DNA of 36,471 bases from a virus. Its lineage: Duplodnaviria > Caudoviricetes. The notes under the pieces are model-generated. The model did not search any database. It had not been told where the DNA came from and saw only the letters and a list, made by a program, of their open reading frames with translations. The number at the start of each line of letters is the position of its first letter. Position 1 is the first letter of the stretch. The stretch is from the IMG/VR virus record IMGVR_UViG_3300027798_000117, positions 1 to 36,471 of that record; one strand, given 5' to 3'. The position numbers and the translations under genes are program-made. This document shows positions 10,528 to 21,437 of the stretch, one piece after another.

Positions 10528-12640
10528 ATGGCAGAATTTAAACTAGGTAGAATTAAGTTTGTATATCAAGGTGCATGGGCCGCGGCCACTGCGTATGTTG
10601 TGGATGACGTGATATCTGTAGGCGGAAGAACCTATATTTGCGTGGTTAGTCATACTGCATCAGCCGCGTTTGCAACAGACTTGAACTTTAATCCTACCAA
10701 ATGGAATGTGGTAGCTGACGGTGCTAAATGGCTCGGTGCTTGGGCAAATAACACTTCTTATAATATTAACGATCAAGTGTTATACGGCGGAATTGTATAT
10801 CAAGCCAACACTGCTCATACCAGTATTGCAACATCTGCACCAGTCACAGTCACCGGCGCAACTGGCACAGCAGGATCTGCTACAATTACATTTTCTGCAT
10901 TACCAGTAGCACCGTTTGCTGTTGGATCTAGCATTACCGTTGCTGGCATTACCGCAGGTGCGGCTGGATATAATGCTACTGCAACTGTTACAGCTTGTAC
11001 AACAACAAGTGTAAGTTATTCAAACGGAACAACTGCAACTTATACAAGTGGTGGCACGATTGTAGGCACTAACTTAACTGGTTTAGAATATGATTTGGGT
11101 AAATGGGACGCATTTGCTTCCAGCTTCAGCTGGCAAGGTGCGTGGACTACAAACACACGATACAAAGTTCGTGACTTAATTACATACGGCGGAATTACAT
11201 ATCTTTGTAATACTGCTCACCTCAGTGCCAACACTGCGGCATTGGGTCAAGAAGCTGACTCTGCCAAATGGGATACATTTAATGCTGGTATCACTTATTT
11301 AGGTACATGGAGCGGCAGTACTGTTCGTTATAAGATAAACGATGTTGTTAAGTACGGCGCTGATTTATGGATTTGTACAACGTACCACACATCAAGTGCA
11401 ACGTTTGATAATACCAAATGGAGTATTTTTGTCAACGGATTCCAATTTGAAAGCAGTTGGACGGGCGGAACAACATACCAGATTGGCGACATTGTAACTT
11501 ATGGCGGCTATGCTTATGTTGCCAAACAAAATCATTCAACAACTCAAACACCATCAGACATAAGTTCTGCGTACTGGGATGTTTACACCACAGGTTTTAG
11601 TTATCAAGGTGATTGGTCAAGCGCAGGAAATTATTTTGTAGGTTCTATTGTACGCCTAGGCGGATACACATACACTGCTATTGCAGATAACACAACTAGA
11701 ACTCCTACAATCAACAGCACAACAGTTACAACAAACTTCATTAATGTTAATTCCACAACCGGACTAGTAGATAGTTTACCTATCACCGTGGCATCCAGCA
11801 TTGGTGGATTGTTAAACACAGCTACATATTATGTTATTGGTTCAACAGTGGCAAGCCCAACTGGTAATTTCACAGGCGGCTCAATCAGTAACGGTGCGTC
11901 TGGCGCTGGCACAATATTATCCATTGGTGCAGTGTCTTCTGGCGCAAATCCACAAGTTGGTATGTTTGTTACTGGACTTGGTATCAGCGCAGGAACATAC
12001 ATTGTTTCTGGTTCAGGTCTAACATGGCAAGTTAATAACAGTCAGTACACTGGTGCCACAACAATTAACGTTATTGGTACAATTAATCAATTTAAAGTTA
12101 GTGCAACACCGGGATCTGCAACAGCAGTCACATTGTCAGCAACAACTGGTCAGTCAGTAGTTGCCACAACAAACAATACTCCTCCATTTGCAACATATTG
12201 GACAAGATTAAATCCTGGCATTCGTTACAATGCTACCAACGCAACATATACTGCGGTTAGTGCAACAAACATTTCCAGTGCAGGTTCTGGTGCAACATTC
12301 AATGTGACCCGTAGCAATTCAGTTTATGCTGTGACCATTAATGCTGGCGGAACAGGGTATGTCAATGTGGATACTGTTAAGATTTTGGGTACCAGTGTTG
12401 GCGGCATAAGCCCAGCCAATGATATTACCGTTACTGTCACAAATGCAAGCGGCGGCGTGATTCAATCAGCTGGTATTACCACAACAGGTAATGCAGTAAC
12501 TTGGACTACTGGCACAACTTATGTGTTGGGCGATGCAGTATTTTTTGGATCCAGCAGTTATATCTGCGTCAGCGCACACATTGGCGCCAGCGGCAACCGC
12601 CCGGATGCAGATCTAACAGGAACGTATTGGAATTTATTAG
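10528..12640 (+). repeat. Protein-level CBM5/12-like repeats in protein B, interrupted by inserted beta modules (boundaries approximate)
   Basis: WAAATAYVVDDVISVGG, WTTNTRYKVRDLITYGG, WTGGTTYQIGDIVTYGG, WTTGTTYVLGDAVFFGS. Confidence 0.7.
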
Positions 12641-15600
12641 CGGCTGGTACTAACAGTGCAATATTGACCACTCAGGGCGACACATACTATTACGGCGCCA
12701 CTGGCGCTACACGTTTGCCAATCGGAACAGACGGCCAAATACTTCGTGTGTCTGGATCAGCACCCGCTTGGAGTTATTTTGGTGTTATTAATAATGTGGT
12801 GTATGTTGCTCCAACAGGAATAGACAGCGTGGGCTTGGGACAAGGCTTAACCCTTGACAAACCTTGGAAAACTGTTCGTTACACGGCCAAACTGATTGAA
12901 GACGGATATTTAAATTCCAATGCTACCAGTTTACTGGCAAGAAACAAACAATTTGTAATCAAAGAAGTTAGCAACTATGTATCATACACATATCAAGCTA
13001 GTGTTACCGGCACCACTGGCGGCACATTTTTAACTAGCAACACATCTGGATTGTATGTTGGAATGCCAATGACATTTACAGCACAAACTGGTAGTCTTAC
13101 AATTACTGGTTCTGCCATAACTTATTCCACAGTGTATTATGTGCAAGCGATTACAGCAGGTGTTAGCTTTACAGTTGCGGCCACATACAACGGAACAGCA
13201 TTAACAGCGGCCGGTACTGGCACTGCCAAAGCAAAATATTACACAAGTCTTCAATCAGAAATTGAACGCGATGCAGACTACATTCTTGAAGGAGTTATCT
13301 TTGATATAGGTCACGGCGGCACTTCAAAGACTGTGTACAACGCTCGTGCTTATATCAACACAGCAGGTTCAGGATACATTAACTCAGCTGTACAAAGTCA
13401 AGTAACTACATTTGTTGGCGCAGATACTTATTTGTCTACATTAATTGGCAATGTGCTGGCACAAACAGCACCAGCAAGCAACTATCAAACTTTGAACAGT
13501 GTTGCAAGTCCAGCAGTACAATTATTTGATGCATCAATAACAGCAGAAACCGGCACAACAGCTATTGCACAATCACTAGTTACCATCGTAACTAACGCAC
13601 TAACCGCTGGTGTAAGCGCAGGAATTCCAGTTGCACAACAGCCACAAACAACTATCAGTGTCAAGACTGGAACTTATAATGAAGTATTGCCAATTATAAT
13701 TCCTTCGTACACTGCTATCACAGGCGATGAACTTCGTAGCACAGTGGTACAACCACAAACTGCCATTGCTAGTCTAGTTAATGATAAACCAAAATCAGTC
13801 AACAGTTTAAATCGTGTTAAAGCACTGCTGAGCGATTTGGCATCTAACACTGTTATCTCAAACAGTACTGGACATGAGTATGTGTTGGCTACAACAGCCG
13901 CCAGCAGTTCCAGCGGCACAAGCACACTTACGTTTGCTACTCAAACTTCAGCGCCGTTTGTTGTGGGACAAAAAATTACAATCAGCGGTGTGACTCCTGC
14001 AGGATTTAATGGATCCAACACTGTGACAGCATGTACACCCATAAGTGTTTCATTTAGTGGTTCAACAGCTGGGCCGCAAACAGTTGCAGGTATTGTTTCA
14101 AATCAAGATGTAAGTTTAACAGCAGGCAACACTGGTTCTCAAACAGCAGTTAACAGTGTAACTACAAACGTTGCCACAATGCAAAACATTTTGAACAATG
14201 GTATTGTACAAGCTCCGCAATTCATATACACAAGCCCATCAGGTTATAACACAAGTTATTTGACAGGATTTGGTGATGCCAAGGCACAAATTAATCAGAA
14301 CTTTTTCTTTATTAGAGATGAAATTTCAGCTTTCTTAAATGTAAATTACAACTCAGTATGGACAGCATTGGGTGCGGCCGGACAAGCATCGTGCCAACGT
14401 GACGTTGGCTATCTAATAGCCGCAGTGGCATACGACTTGACTTATGGTTGTAACAATCAAAGTTTAATTGCAGGTTCGTCTTACTATTCAAATTTTGTAT
14501 TAACTATTGCAGGCTCAGAAAAGACAGCCACCGTTGCGGCTTATAGAAGATTACAAACTGTAATATATCAAATTTGTTTGAAGACAGGAGTCGGAGCCAG
14601 TGCAGGTAATGCTACAAGTCAAGTTACAACTGGCAATGCAGGATCTATGGCATCGGCAGTATTTGCGGCGCAACGTGTGGGTGATGTTATCTATTGGATT
14701 AACAATGCCAGCAACAACACCACAACATTTAATGCGGCCACCACAGTGACAAACGGCGCAACCACTGTGACATTTACAGCTATTAATTCTGGAACACCTA
14801 CACCGGGTGCATTATTAACAGCCAACGATCCAATAACTGGCGCAAGTATTTTTCCAGCAGGCACATATCTTGTAAATCAAACTTCTGGCGTTTCAACTGT
14901 TGCTACTGGTAACTACTCCAGCGGCGGCGCGGTAACAGCACAAACGTTGGTTCTTTCTACTGCGGTAAACGTTGCGGCTGGACAACTAGTAGTTGGTACA
15001 GGCGTGCCAGCAGGCTCGTATGTTATTTCATCATACACCAGCGGTACTACAATTACATTGGTTGACTATTGGGGCGCGGCGGCACTGTTAACAACACAAG
15101 CCTCTGGCACATATAGTTTTTATGCACCTAACACCACAGGCACATACACCATCAGTACAACCAACACAGCAACAACTGGTACATACACTGTGACTGGTAA
15201 CAATTTAATTACTCCAGTCACAAGTGGCGCACTAGATACAACCAGTGCGCCTGGCTTGTCCTACAGTGCAATTGCTTCACGTCGCACAGAAATCCAAAAC
15301 GATGCAGTGTCGTGGGTACAAAAATTCTATCAAACATTGAATTTCAACACAGCCACATGTTTTAGAGACTCGGGTCTTATTGTGGATGCATTGGCATATG
15401 ATGTTGGCTTGGGCACTAACTTTAACAGTATTATTGCGGCTAACAGTTATTTTAGAGCAATCAGTTCAGCACAGTATGTTATTGCTAACCAGTTAGCGGC
15501 TGAAATTGGTGCTATCAATTTCATTGGCTACAAAGTTAAAAATCTTGCAGCCAACGGCTCAGTTGTAACAGCAAGTGAAATCATTAACGATGCTGTGGCA

Positions 15601-18600
15601 GATATTTTAGGTAAAACAACTACCACATTAACAACTGCTACCACAAGCACAAACGTATTAACAGTCAGCAGTACCAGCAACATGCGAGTGGGCCAGCAAA
15701 TTACATTCACTGGATTACCAGCAAATATCACAACCACTGCCAGTACTATTTCAAGTAACGTTATCACTTTAGGTGCCAGTGTGTCTAGTTTAGGTATTGT
15801 GAACGGCCAGCAAGTTTATTTTACTGGCGCGGTGTTTGGTAATGTGCAGAGTAATCAGCCATACTATGTGGTTGGTGCTACTGGCAGTACAATTCAACTT
15901 GCAATTCTTCCTGGCCAATCGGCACTTACATTGGTTAACGGTAGTGGCACTATGACTGTCACATTGAATTCAGCAGGCGGCATATATCCAAACAACATAT
16001 ATTGGATCAACAGTATTGCAAGCGGCACAACTTTAACTATCACTTCCGCTTACCCAGGAACATTCCCAGGAACTGCCACTACTATTACCAACACAGTTGG
16101 TAGTATGACTGCCACTGCAACGATAGGCGCAACTGTTCAAACTTTTGGTACTGTGGCATATAACAACTCACAGGGAACAATCCAAGGTGCAGAGATACTT
16201 CGTGCAAACAAGAAATTCCTTGCATACGAAGCAGCCGCGTACACCAATTCAAGTTATGGTGGCGGCAACAATGCAGTGACTACCACTGCGGCTACTGGCA
16301 ATGTAATTACAACCAATGCTAATCATAATCTTACTATTGGCGATCCAGTAATATTTACAAGTGCAACTGTAATCACTGCAACTGTTACTGGCACAACGAT
16401 TTCAAGTGACGTCACACGTCCAAATCAACTTACTGTTAGTTCAAGTACTGGTTTTGTAGTGGGAATGAAAATTGTTTTAACCGGTTCTTCTATCAGTAAT
16501 TTATCAGCTGGCACATATTATGTAAACACTATTCCAGACAGCACACATATCACAGTTAAATCCACGTATGCAGGAAGTGTGTTTTCCATAACATCGACGC
16601 AATCTGGCACAATGCCAGCAACTGTGGGCGGAATATTTGGCAATCTAACATTGAACACACCATATTATGTATTAACAACTCCAAGCACAACAACATTTAC
16701 AATTACAGCAGTGCAAAACAGTGCTACTCCAGTTGGATTAATAGACGCCAACGGATTGGCAACTGCTCGTTACTCATATGATTTAACAAAATGTGTTCGT
16801 GATACATATTCATTTATTGATGCAATTGTTTACGATTTACAATATCCAGGAAATCACAAAACACGTAGAGCTGTTGAGCTTTACTTAAATGCGGTTAATG
16901 GTTCAATGATGTCTGACATGTTCCGTGTGCGTAACGGAACAGGTTTACGTAACTGCACATTGAACGGATTAACCGGCACATTGACATCTGTCAATCAGTA
17001 CGGTACAAAACGTCCAACAGCAGGTGCGTTTGTGGCATTGGATCCAGGATTTGGCCCCCAAGATACAAACGTATGGGTCAACACCCGTTCGCACTATAGT
17101 CAAAACGTCACTATGTTTGGAACAGCTTGCTCAGGCGCCAAGATTGATGCGGCCTTACATGCTGGTGGTAACAAATCCATGGTCAAGAATGACTTTACAA
17201 CAATTATCAGCGATGGTATTGGCGTATGGTGTACAGGTTCTGGTTCGTTAACTGAATTAGTTTCAGTGTTCAACTACTATGGCTATGCTGGATACTTGGC
17301 AGAGCTGGGCGGACGTATGCGAGCTACCAACGGTAACAGTTCATATGGTACATACGGCTGTATTGCAGAAGGCACTGACACATATGAAACTCCAATCACT
17401 GCCACATTGAACAACCGTTCAGCACAGGCACAAATCACCGCTGTGATAACAGACACAACTAACAAGATACTGCGTTATGAATTTGGCAATGCTGGACAGA
17501 ACTATAGTAATACTGTACACACCACCAGTGGCTCAGGCTACGGCATCACTGTGGTTGCTGATGAATTCCGTGACGCGGCCATATTTGAAACACGTTTGAC
17601 AGACAACGGAGATGCTACATCTACATCAGTTGGCGGAACAAGTTATGTTTCTGTGGCCAACACTGCTCAAAGTAGCGTTATTGGTGAAATAAATCTTGCG
17701 GCCACTGACAGTGCGTTGAGTGCGGCTTATGTGGGTATGCGTGTTCAACTTACTGGCGGTACTGGAGTTGGTCAATATGCCAACATTTTATCATTCAACA
17801 ATGGTAATAAAGTAGCACAAATATACAAAGATAGTTTTACAAACTTAACTGTTACAGATACAACTGCTTCAAGCAACTTGCTAACTGTGGCCAGCACTGC
17901 AACATTGTTTGCCAACATGCCAATTTATCTTGGAACAGCAGTAGGCGGCGCAAGTGCAAACGTATTGTATTATGTAAAAACTATTTCCAGTGCTACACAA
18001 TTTACAATTAGTTTAACAAGCGGTGGCACTGTGTTTGATATTACATCGGATACTTCTGCACAAACAGTGACTTTATATGCGGCAGGTTGGGACCATGTTG
18101 TTCCAGGAACAACAATTAGTAACACTCCTGACTTAACAACAACTTATATTGTTGAACCACGTATCAGTTATACTGGCCCAGGATATACTGCTACCGCAAG
18201 AACATTAGGTGCTACAGCAACATGGACAGCGGCCGCATACGGCGCAAACAACTTTGTTGCAATTTCAAGTGGTGGCACAGCAACCACTTACAGCACAAAT
18301 GGAACATCGTGGCCAGCGGCTGGTGCACAACCTAGTAGCCAAACATGGACTGATATTGTTTATGGTGGCGGCCAAGGTGCTGTTGCAGTGGCAGTATTGG
18401 GTGGCTTTGGCGGCTCTGGCGCAGTGTTAACTGCTAATTTAGGAACAGGTGCAACAGCTCAACAAATTGTCAGCGTGACAATTAACAGCGGCGGATTGGG
18501 TTATACAACTCCTCCAACCATTGTGTTTACCAGTGCAAGCGGTTCAGGAGCTGTGGCCATTGCCACAGTGTTGAACGGTGCTGTTGCCGGCGTAACAATG

Positions 18601-21066
18601 CTTGTTCCAGGGTCTGGATACTTGACAGTTCCAACAGCAACAGCGGCCATAGACAGAGTTTCCAGTTTTGCCATGACAACATATGGTCAAACTTACTTGT
18701 CAACACCAACTGTTGTAGTGGGCAATCCTGCAGGAATCAGCGCAACAGCATGGAGCTCAGGCGGAACAGCAACGCAGGGCACATATTATTCTTACAACAA
18801 TGCTGGTACTACCAACTTCTATCTGTGCGGTGCAAGTGGAACATTTACTTCAAGTGGTCCAATACACACTACTGGAACAACAACCAACGGCTCTGCAAAT
18901 TTAACATACTTTGGTACGCTAGCAACTGGCACAGCAGTGTTGACCAACGCTGGTGTAAGCAGTATTACATTGGTAAATTCAGGAGTTGGCTACACTTCAA
19001 TTCCAACTGTTACAATTACTGATAGTAATTCACGATTTGTGGCAATTGCAAACGGTGCGGCAGTGAGCTCAATAGTTCCAATTGGCACATCTGCAACAGC
19101 AATAACAACAGCATGGCTAGCAGGCGCGGCCACAGGCAAGACAGATTTGTTATCTATTGCATATGGCAACGGAGTTTACATTGCTGTTGGTGGAACTACC
19201 AACACTGCCAGTGCTGTGTCAGCTACTAACCCAACTGCGGCAGGCGCATGGATTGATCGTTCAAGTGCTATCACAGCCACATCAACTGGTTTCTATAATG
19301 CAGTTGCATTTGGTAATGGTTACTTTGTGGCAGTTAACGGTGGTGGCGGCAATAAAACATCTACTAGCCAAGCTAATCCTGGGTTATGGGCGGCGGGCGG
19401 CAACTTGCCAGCCAGCACAACATGGACTAGCGTTGCATTTGGTAACAACAGATTTGTTGCATTAGCAGTTACAGGAGCAGTGGCAGTCACAGTAGACAAT
19501 GCTACCACATGGACAGCATGTCCTGCATCAACAGGAACTACTGGAAGTATTCTTAGTTCAACTTACTCGTGGAGCAATATCCACTACGGACAAGGATTGT
19601 TCTTTGCAGTTGCCCAAGGTACAGACGTGTGTGCTACTAGCCCAGACGGATTGAATTGGACTGTGAAAACAATGCCAAGTTCAAGCAATTGGCAAGCTGT
19701 GGTGTTTGGTAATCCAAGCAACAACCCAGTATGGGTAGCGGTAAGCAACACCAGCGGCACTGTGGGCGCCAGCATTAGAACAGGCGCACAAGCACTTGGT
19801 CGTATGAAAGCTATTGGCGGAACTGTGAATGAGATCCGTATGATTGAACCAGGATCGGGATATCCAAAAGGCAATATTACTGCTACCACAGTCACAACAA
19901 ACTTGATTACCACAACGGACACAACTAACCTAGTTGACAGTCAACCAGTTGAATTTATTGGTGTAACTGCTGGCGGTCTAGCATTGAATACAGTTTATTT
20001 TGTAATTGGTTCAACTGTTACCAGCACACAGTTCAAAGTAAGTGCTACCGCAGGCAGTGCTACTCCAGTGACACTATCAACTCAGGCAGTAACTGGTACA
20101 TATCGTGCAGGCCCAATTGCTACGCAAACTGATCCTAACAAAGTCAAGACAGCAACAATTCGTGTGCGTGGCGGCGATGGAGTATTGGGTAACCCAAGTA
20201 TTCCTGCTCGCGGTACTAATAATGCAACGGCCACTGCTCAAACTCAAGGCGACGGATACAGTGAGTTGTATCAAGTCAGTAGTTTTGTTGCAGTATCAAA
20301 TCTATACACTGTGCCAACAGCAGGCGCTAACGTGCAATTTGCAAGTATTGGCGGAACAAGTCAATGGTACAAACTGGTCAGTGTAACTATTACAGGCGGA
20401 CTGGTTGGAAATTACCAAGCAACATTCCAAATTAATCCTGCATTAACAACTGCCTTAGCACCGGCACACGGTGATCCAATTACGACTCGTTTGAAATACA
20501 GTCAAGTGCGATTAACTGGACACGATTTCTTATATATTGGTACTGGTAATTTCACAAGCACTAACTATCCGTTTGTTAATCCAACACTAGCAATTCAAGC
20601 TAACCAAACCAACAGTTCAGGCGGCGGACGAGTGTTCTTTACTAGTACTGACCAAGACGGTAACTTCAACGTGGGTAACTTGTTTGGAGTACAACAGGCA
20701 ACTGGTACTGCTACATTGAACGCCAATGCGTTTAACTTGGCTGGACTACAATCATTGCAGTTGGGTGCAGTTACACTGGGTGTGGGTTCAGCAGTTATTA
20801 CTAGCTTTTCAACAGATCCGTACTTTACAGCCAATAGCGATAGTGTTGTTCCAACACAAAAAGCTATCAAAGCATACATTACAGCACAGATTGGAGGTGG
20901 ATCGAGCTCGTTGAACGTAAATACACTACAAGCTGGACAAGTATATCTTGCTAACAATACGATATCCAACTTCTACGGAAATGAACTTTTGGTAACTTCT
21001 AAAATGAATTTCGTGGGTGGAATCGACGGTGCGCCAGTAGCAATGGCATACTTCTTACAAAAATAA
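10528..21066 (+). CDS. Giant virion structural/fibre protein B (3512 aa), paralogue of protein A
   Basis: GAGGA RBS; MAEFKLGRIKFVYQGAW versus MAEFKINRLRYTWLGPW in A; same order of conserved blocks (VYVAPTG, VKTGTYNE, RNGTGLRN, RATNGNSSYGTYGCIAEG, SQVRLTGHDFL) with large insertions. Confidence 0.85.
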   Translation: MAEFKLGRIKFVYQGAWAAATAYVVDDVISVGGRTYICVVSHTASAAFATDLNFNPTKWNVVADGAKWLGAWANNTSYNINDQVLYGGIVYQANTAHTSIATSAPVTVTGATGTAGSATITFSALPVAPFAVGSSITVAGITAGAAGYNATATVTACTTTSVSYSNGTTATYTSGGTIVGTNLTGLEYDLGKWDAFASSFSWQGAWTTNTRYKVRDLITYGGITYLCNTAHLSANTAALGQEADSAKWDTFNAGITYLGTWSGSTVRYKINDVVKYGADLWICTTYHTSSATFDNTKWSIFVNGFQFESSWTGGTTYQIGDIVTYGGYAYVAKQNHSTTQTPSDISSAYWDVYTTGFSYQGDWSSAGNYFVGSIVRLGGYTYTAIADNTTRTPTINSTTVTTNFINVNSTTGLVDSLPITVASSIGGLLNTATYYVIGSTVASPTGNFTGGSISNGASGAGTILSIGAVSSGANPQVGMFVTGLGISAGTYIVSGSGLTWQVNNSQYTGATTINVIGTINQFKVSATPGSATAVTLSATTGQSVVATTNNTPPFATYWTRLNPGIRYNATNATYTAVSATNISSAGSGATFNVTRSNSVYAVTINAGGTGYVNVDTVKILGTSVGGISPANDITVTVTNASGGVIQSAGITTTGNAVTWTTGTTYVLGDAVFFGSSSYICVSAHIGASGNRPDADLTGTYWNLLAAGTNSAILTTQGDTYYYGATGATRLPIGTDGQILRVSGSAPAWSYFGVINNVVYVAPTGIDSVGLGQGLTLDKPWKTVRYTAKLIEDGYLNSNATSLLARNKQFVIKEVSNYVSYTYQASVTGTTGGTFLTSNTSGLYVGMPMTFTAQTGSLTITGSAITYSTVYYVQAITAGVSFTVAATYNGTALTAAGTGTAKAKYYTSLQSEIERDADYILEGVIFDIGHGGTSKTVYNARAYINTAGSGYINSAVQSQVTTFVGADTYLSTLIGNVLAQTAPASNYQTLNSVASPAVQLFDASITAETGTTAIAQSLVTIVTNALTAGVSAGIPVAQQPQTTISVKTGTYNEVLPIIIPSYTAITGDELRSTVVQPQTAIASLVNDKPKSVNSLNRVKALLSDLASNTVISNSTGHEYVLATTAASSSSGTSTLTFATQTSAPFVVGQKITISGVTPAGFNGSNTVTACTPISVSFSGSTAGPQTVAGIVSNQDVSLTAGNTGSQTAVNSVTTNVATMQNILNNGIVQAPQFIYTSPSGYNTSYLTGFGDAKAQINQNFFFIRDEISAFLNVNYNSVWTALGAAGQASCQRDVGYLIAAVAYDLTYGCNNQSLIAGSSYYSNFVLTIAGSEKTATVAAYRRLQTVIYQICLKTGVGASAGNATSQVTTGNAGSMASAVFAAQRVGDVIYWINNASNNTTTFNAATTVTNGATTVTFTAINSGTPTPGALLTANDPITGASIFPAGTYLVNQTSGVSTVATGNYSSGGAVTAQTLVLSTAVNVAAGQLVVGTGVPAGSYVISSYTSGTTITLVDYWGAAALLTTQASGTYSFYAPNTTGTYTISTTNTATTGTYTVTGNNLITPVTSGALDTTSAPGLSYSAIASRRTEIQNDAVSWVQKFYQTLNFNTATCFRDSGLIVDALAYDVGLGTNFNSIIAANSYFRAISSAQYVIANQLAAEIGAINFIGYKVKNLAANGSVVTASEIINDAVADILGKTTTTLTTATTSTNVLTVSSTSNMRVGQQITFTGLPANITTTASTISSNVITLGASVSSLGIVNGQQVYFTGAVFGNVQSNQPYYVVGATGSTIQLAILPGQSALTLVNGSGTMTVTLNSAGGIYPNNIYWINSIASGTTLTITSAYPGTFPGTATTITNTVGSMTATATIGATVQTFGTVAYNNSQGTIQGAEILRANKKFLAYEAAAYTNSSYGGGNNAVTTTAATGNVITTNANHNLTIGDPVIFTSATVITATVTGTTISSDVTRPNQLTVSSSTGFVVGMKIVLTGSSISNLSAGTYYVNTIPDSTHITVKSTYAGSVFSITSTQSGTMPATVGGIFGNLTLNTPYYVLTTPSTTTFTITAVQNSATPVGLIDANGLATARYSYDLTKCVRDTYSFIDAIVYDLQYPGNHKTRRAVELYLNAVNGSMMSDMFRVRNGTGLRNCTLNGLTGTLTSVNQYGTKRPTAGAFVALDPGFGPQDTNVWVNTRSHYSQNVTMFGTACSGAKIDAALHAGGNKSMVKNDFTTIISDGIGVWCTGSGSLTELVSVFNYYGYAGYLAELGGRMRATNGNSSYGTYGCIAEGTDTYETPITATLNNRSAQAQITAVITDTTNKILRYEFGNAGQNYSNTVHTTSGSGYGITVVADEFRDAAIFETRLTDNGDATSTSVGGTSYVSVANTAQSSVIGEINLAATDSALSAAYVGMRVQLTGGTGVGQYANILSFNNGNKVAQIYKDSFTNLTVTDTTASSNLLTVASTATLFANMPIYLGTAVGGASANVLYYVKTISSATQFTISLTSGGTVFDITSDTSAQTVTLYAAGWDHVVPGTTISNTPDLTTTYIVEPRISYTGPGYTATARTLGATATWTAAAYGANNFVAISSGGTATTYSTNGTSWPAAGAQPSSQTWTDIVYGGGQGAVAVAVLGGFGGSGAVLTANLGTGATAQQIVSVTINSGGLGYTTPPTIVFTSASGSGAVAIATVLNGAVAGVTMLVPGSGYLTVPTATAAIDRVSSFAMTTYGQTYLSTPTVVVGNPAGISATAWSSGGTATQGTYYSYNNAGTTNFYLCGASGTFTSSGPIHTTGTTTNGSANLTYFGTLATGTAVLTNAGVSSITLVNSGVGYTSIPTVTITDSNSRFVAIANGAAVSSIVPIGTSATAITTAWLAGAATGKTDLLSIAYGNGVYIAVGGTTNTASAVSATNPTAAGAWIDRSSAITATSTGFYNAVAFGNGYFVAVNGGGGNKTSTSQANPGLWAAGGNLPASTTWTSVAFGNNRFVALAVTGAVAVTVDNATTWTACPASTGTTGSILSSTYSWSNIHYGQGLFFAVAQGTDVCATSPDGLNWTVKTMPSSSNWQAVVFGNPSNNPVWVAVSNTSGTVGASIRTGAQALGRMKAIGGTVNEIRMIEPGSGYPKGNITATTVTTNLITTTDTTNLVDSQPVEFIGVTAGGLALNTVYFVIGSTVTSTQFKVSATAGSATPVTLSTQAVTGTYRAGPIATQTDPNKVKTATIRVRGGDGVLGNPSIPARGTNNATATAQTQGDGYSELYQVSSFVAVSNLYTVPTAGANVQFASIGGTSQWYKLVSVTITGGLVGNYQATFQINPALTTALAPAHGDPITTRLKYSQVRLTGHDFLYIGTGNFTSTNYPFVNPTLAIQANQTNSSGGGRVFFTSTDQDGNFNVGNLFGVQQATGTATLNANAFNLAGLQSLQLGAVTLGVGSAVITSFSTDPYFTANSDSVVPTQKAIKAYITAQIGGGSSSLNVNTLQAGQVYLANNTISNFYGNELLVTSKMNFVGGIDGAPVAMAYFLQK

Positions 21067-21078
21067 TGGAGAATTAAT

Positions 21079-21417
21079 ATGACAACAGGAAGATTAGGAA
21101 CACAGTTTTTATCATCGGGTACAATCGTAATTTCAGCGGGTACTCCTGTGTATACTGTGTCAACGGGCAGTTACAGTGTGTTTAACGTTTCGTTTACAAA
21201 CCAAAGCCCAACAGCATCTGTAAATATTCGATTAGCAATATCGACTACCAATACACCTGCTAACAGTGAATACATAGAGTTTTTGACTGCGGTAGCACCA
21301 AACGGTGTATTTGAACGCACTGGTTTGGTAGCACAAAGTGGCTTAAATATCATGGCATCATCAAACGGTACCGCAGTAAGTGTTAACGTTTATGGAATTG
21401 AAACAAGTACAAGTTAA
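21079..21417 (+). CDS. Small phage structural protein (112 aa)
   Basis: GGAG RBS; beta-rich; MTTGRLG...EYIEF..APNGVFERTGLV..VNVYGIE. Confidence 0.7.
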   Translation: MTTGRLGTQFLSSGTIVISAGTPVYTVSTGSYSVFNVSFTNQSPTASVNIRLAISTTNTPANSEYIEFLTAVAPNGVFERTGLVAQSGLNIMASSNGTAVSVNVYGIETSTS

Positions 21418-21437
21418 TATTAAAGAGAGATAAAAAT

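Noticed and set aside
13755-16918. Intein or intron as the cause of the large insertion in protein B
   Set aside because: No intein splice motifs (N-terminal Cys/Ser block, His-Asn terminus) or homing-endonuclease motifs were seen; the insert consists of the same structural repeats found elsewhere in the protein.
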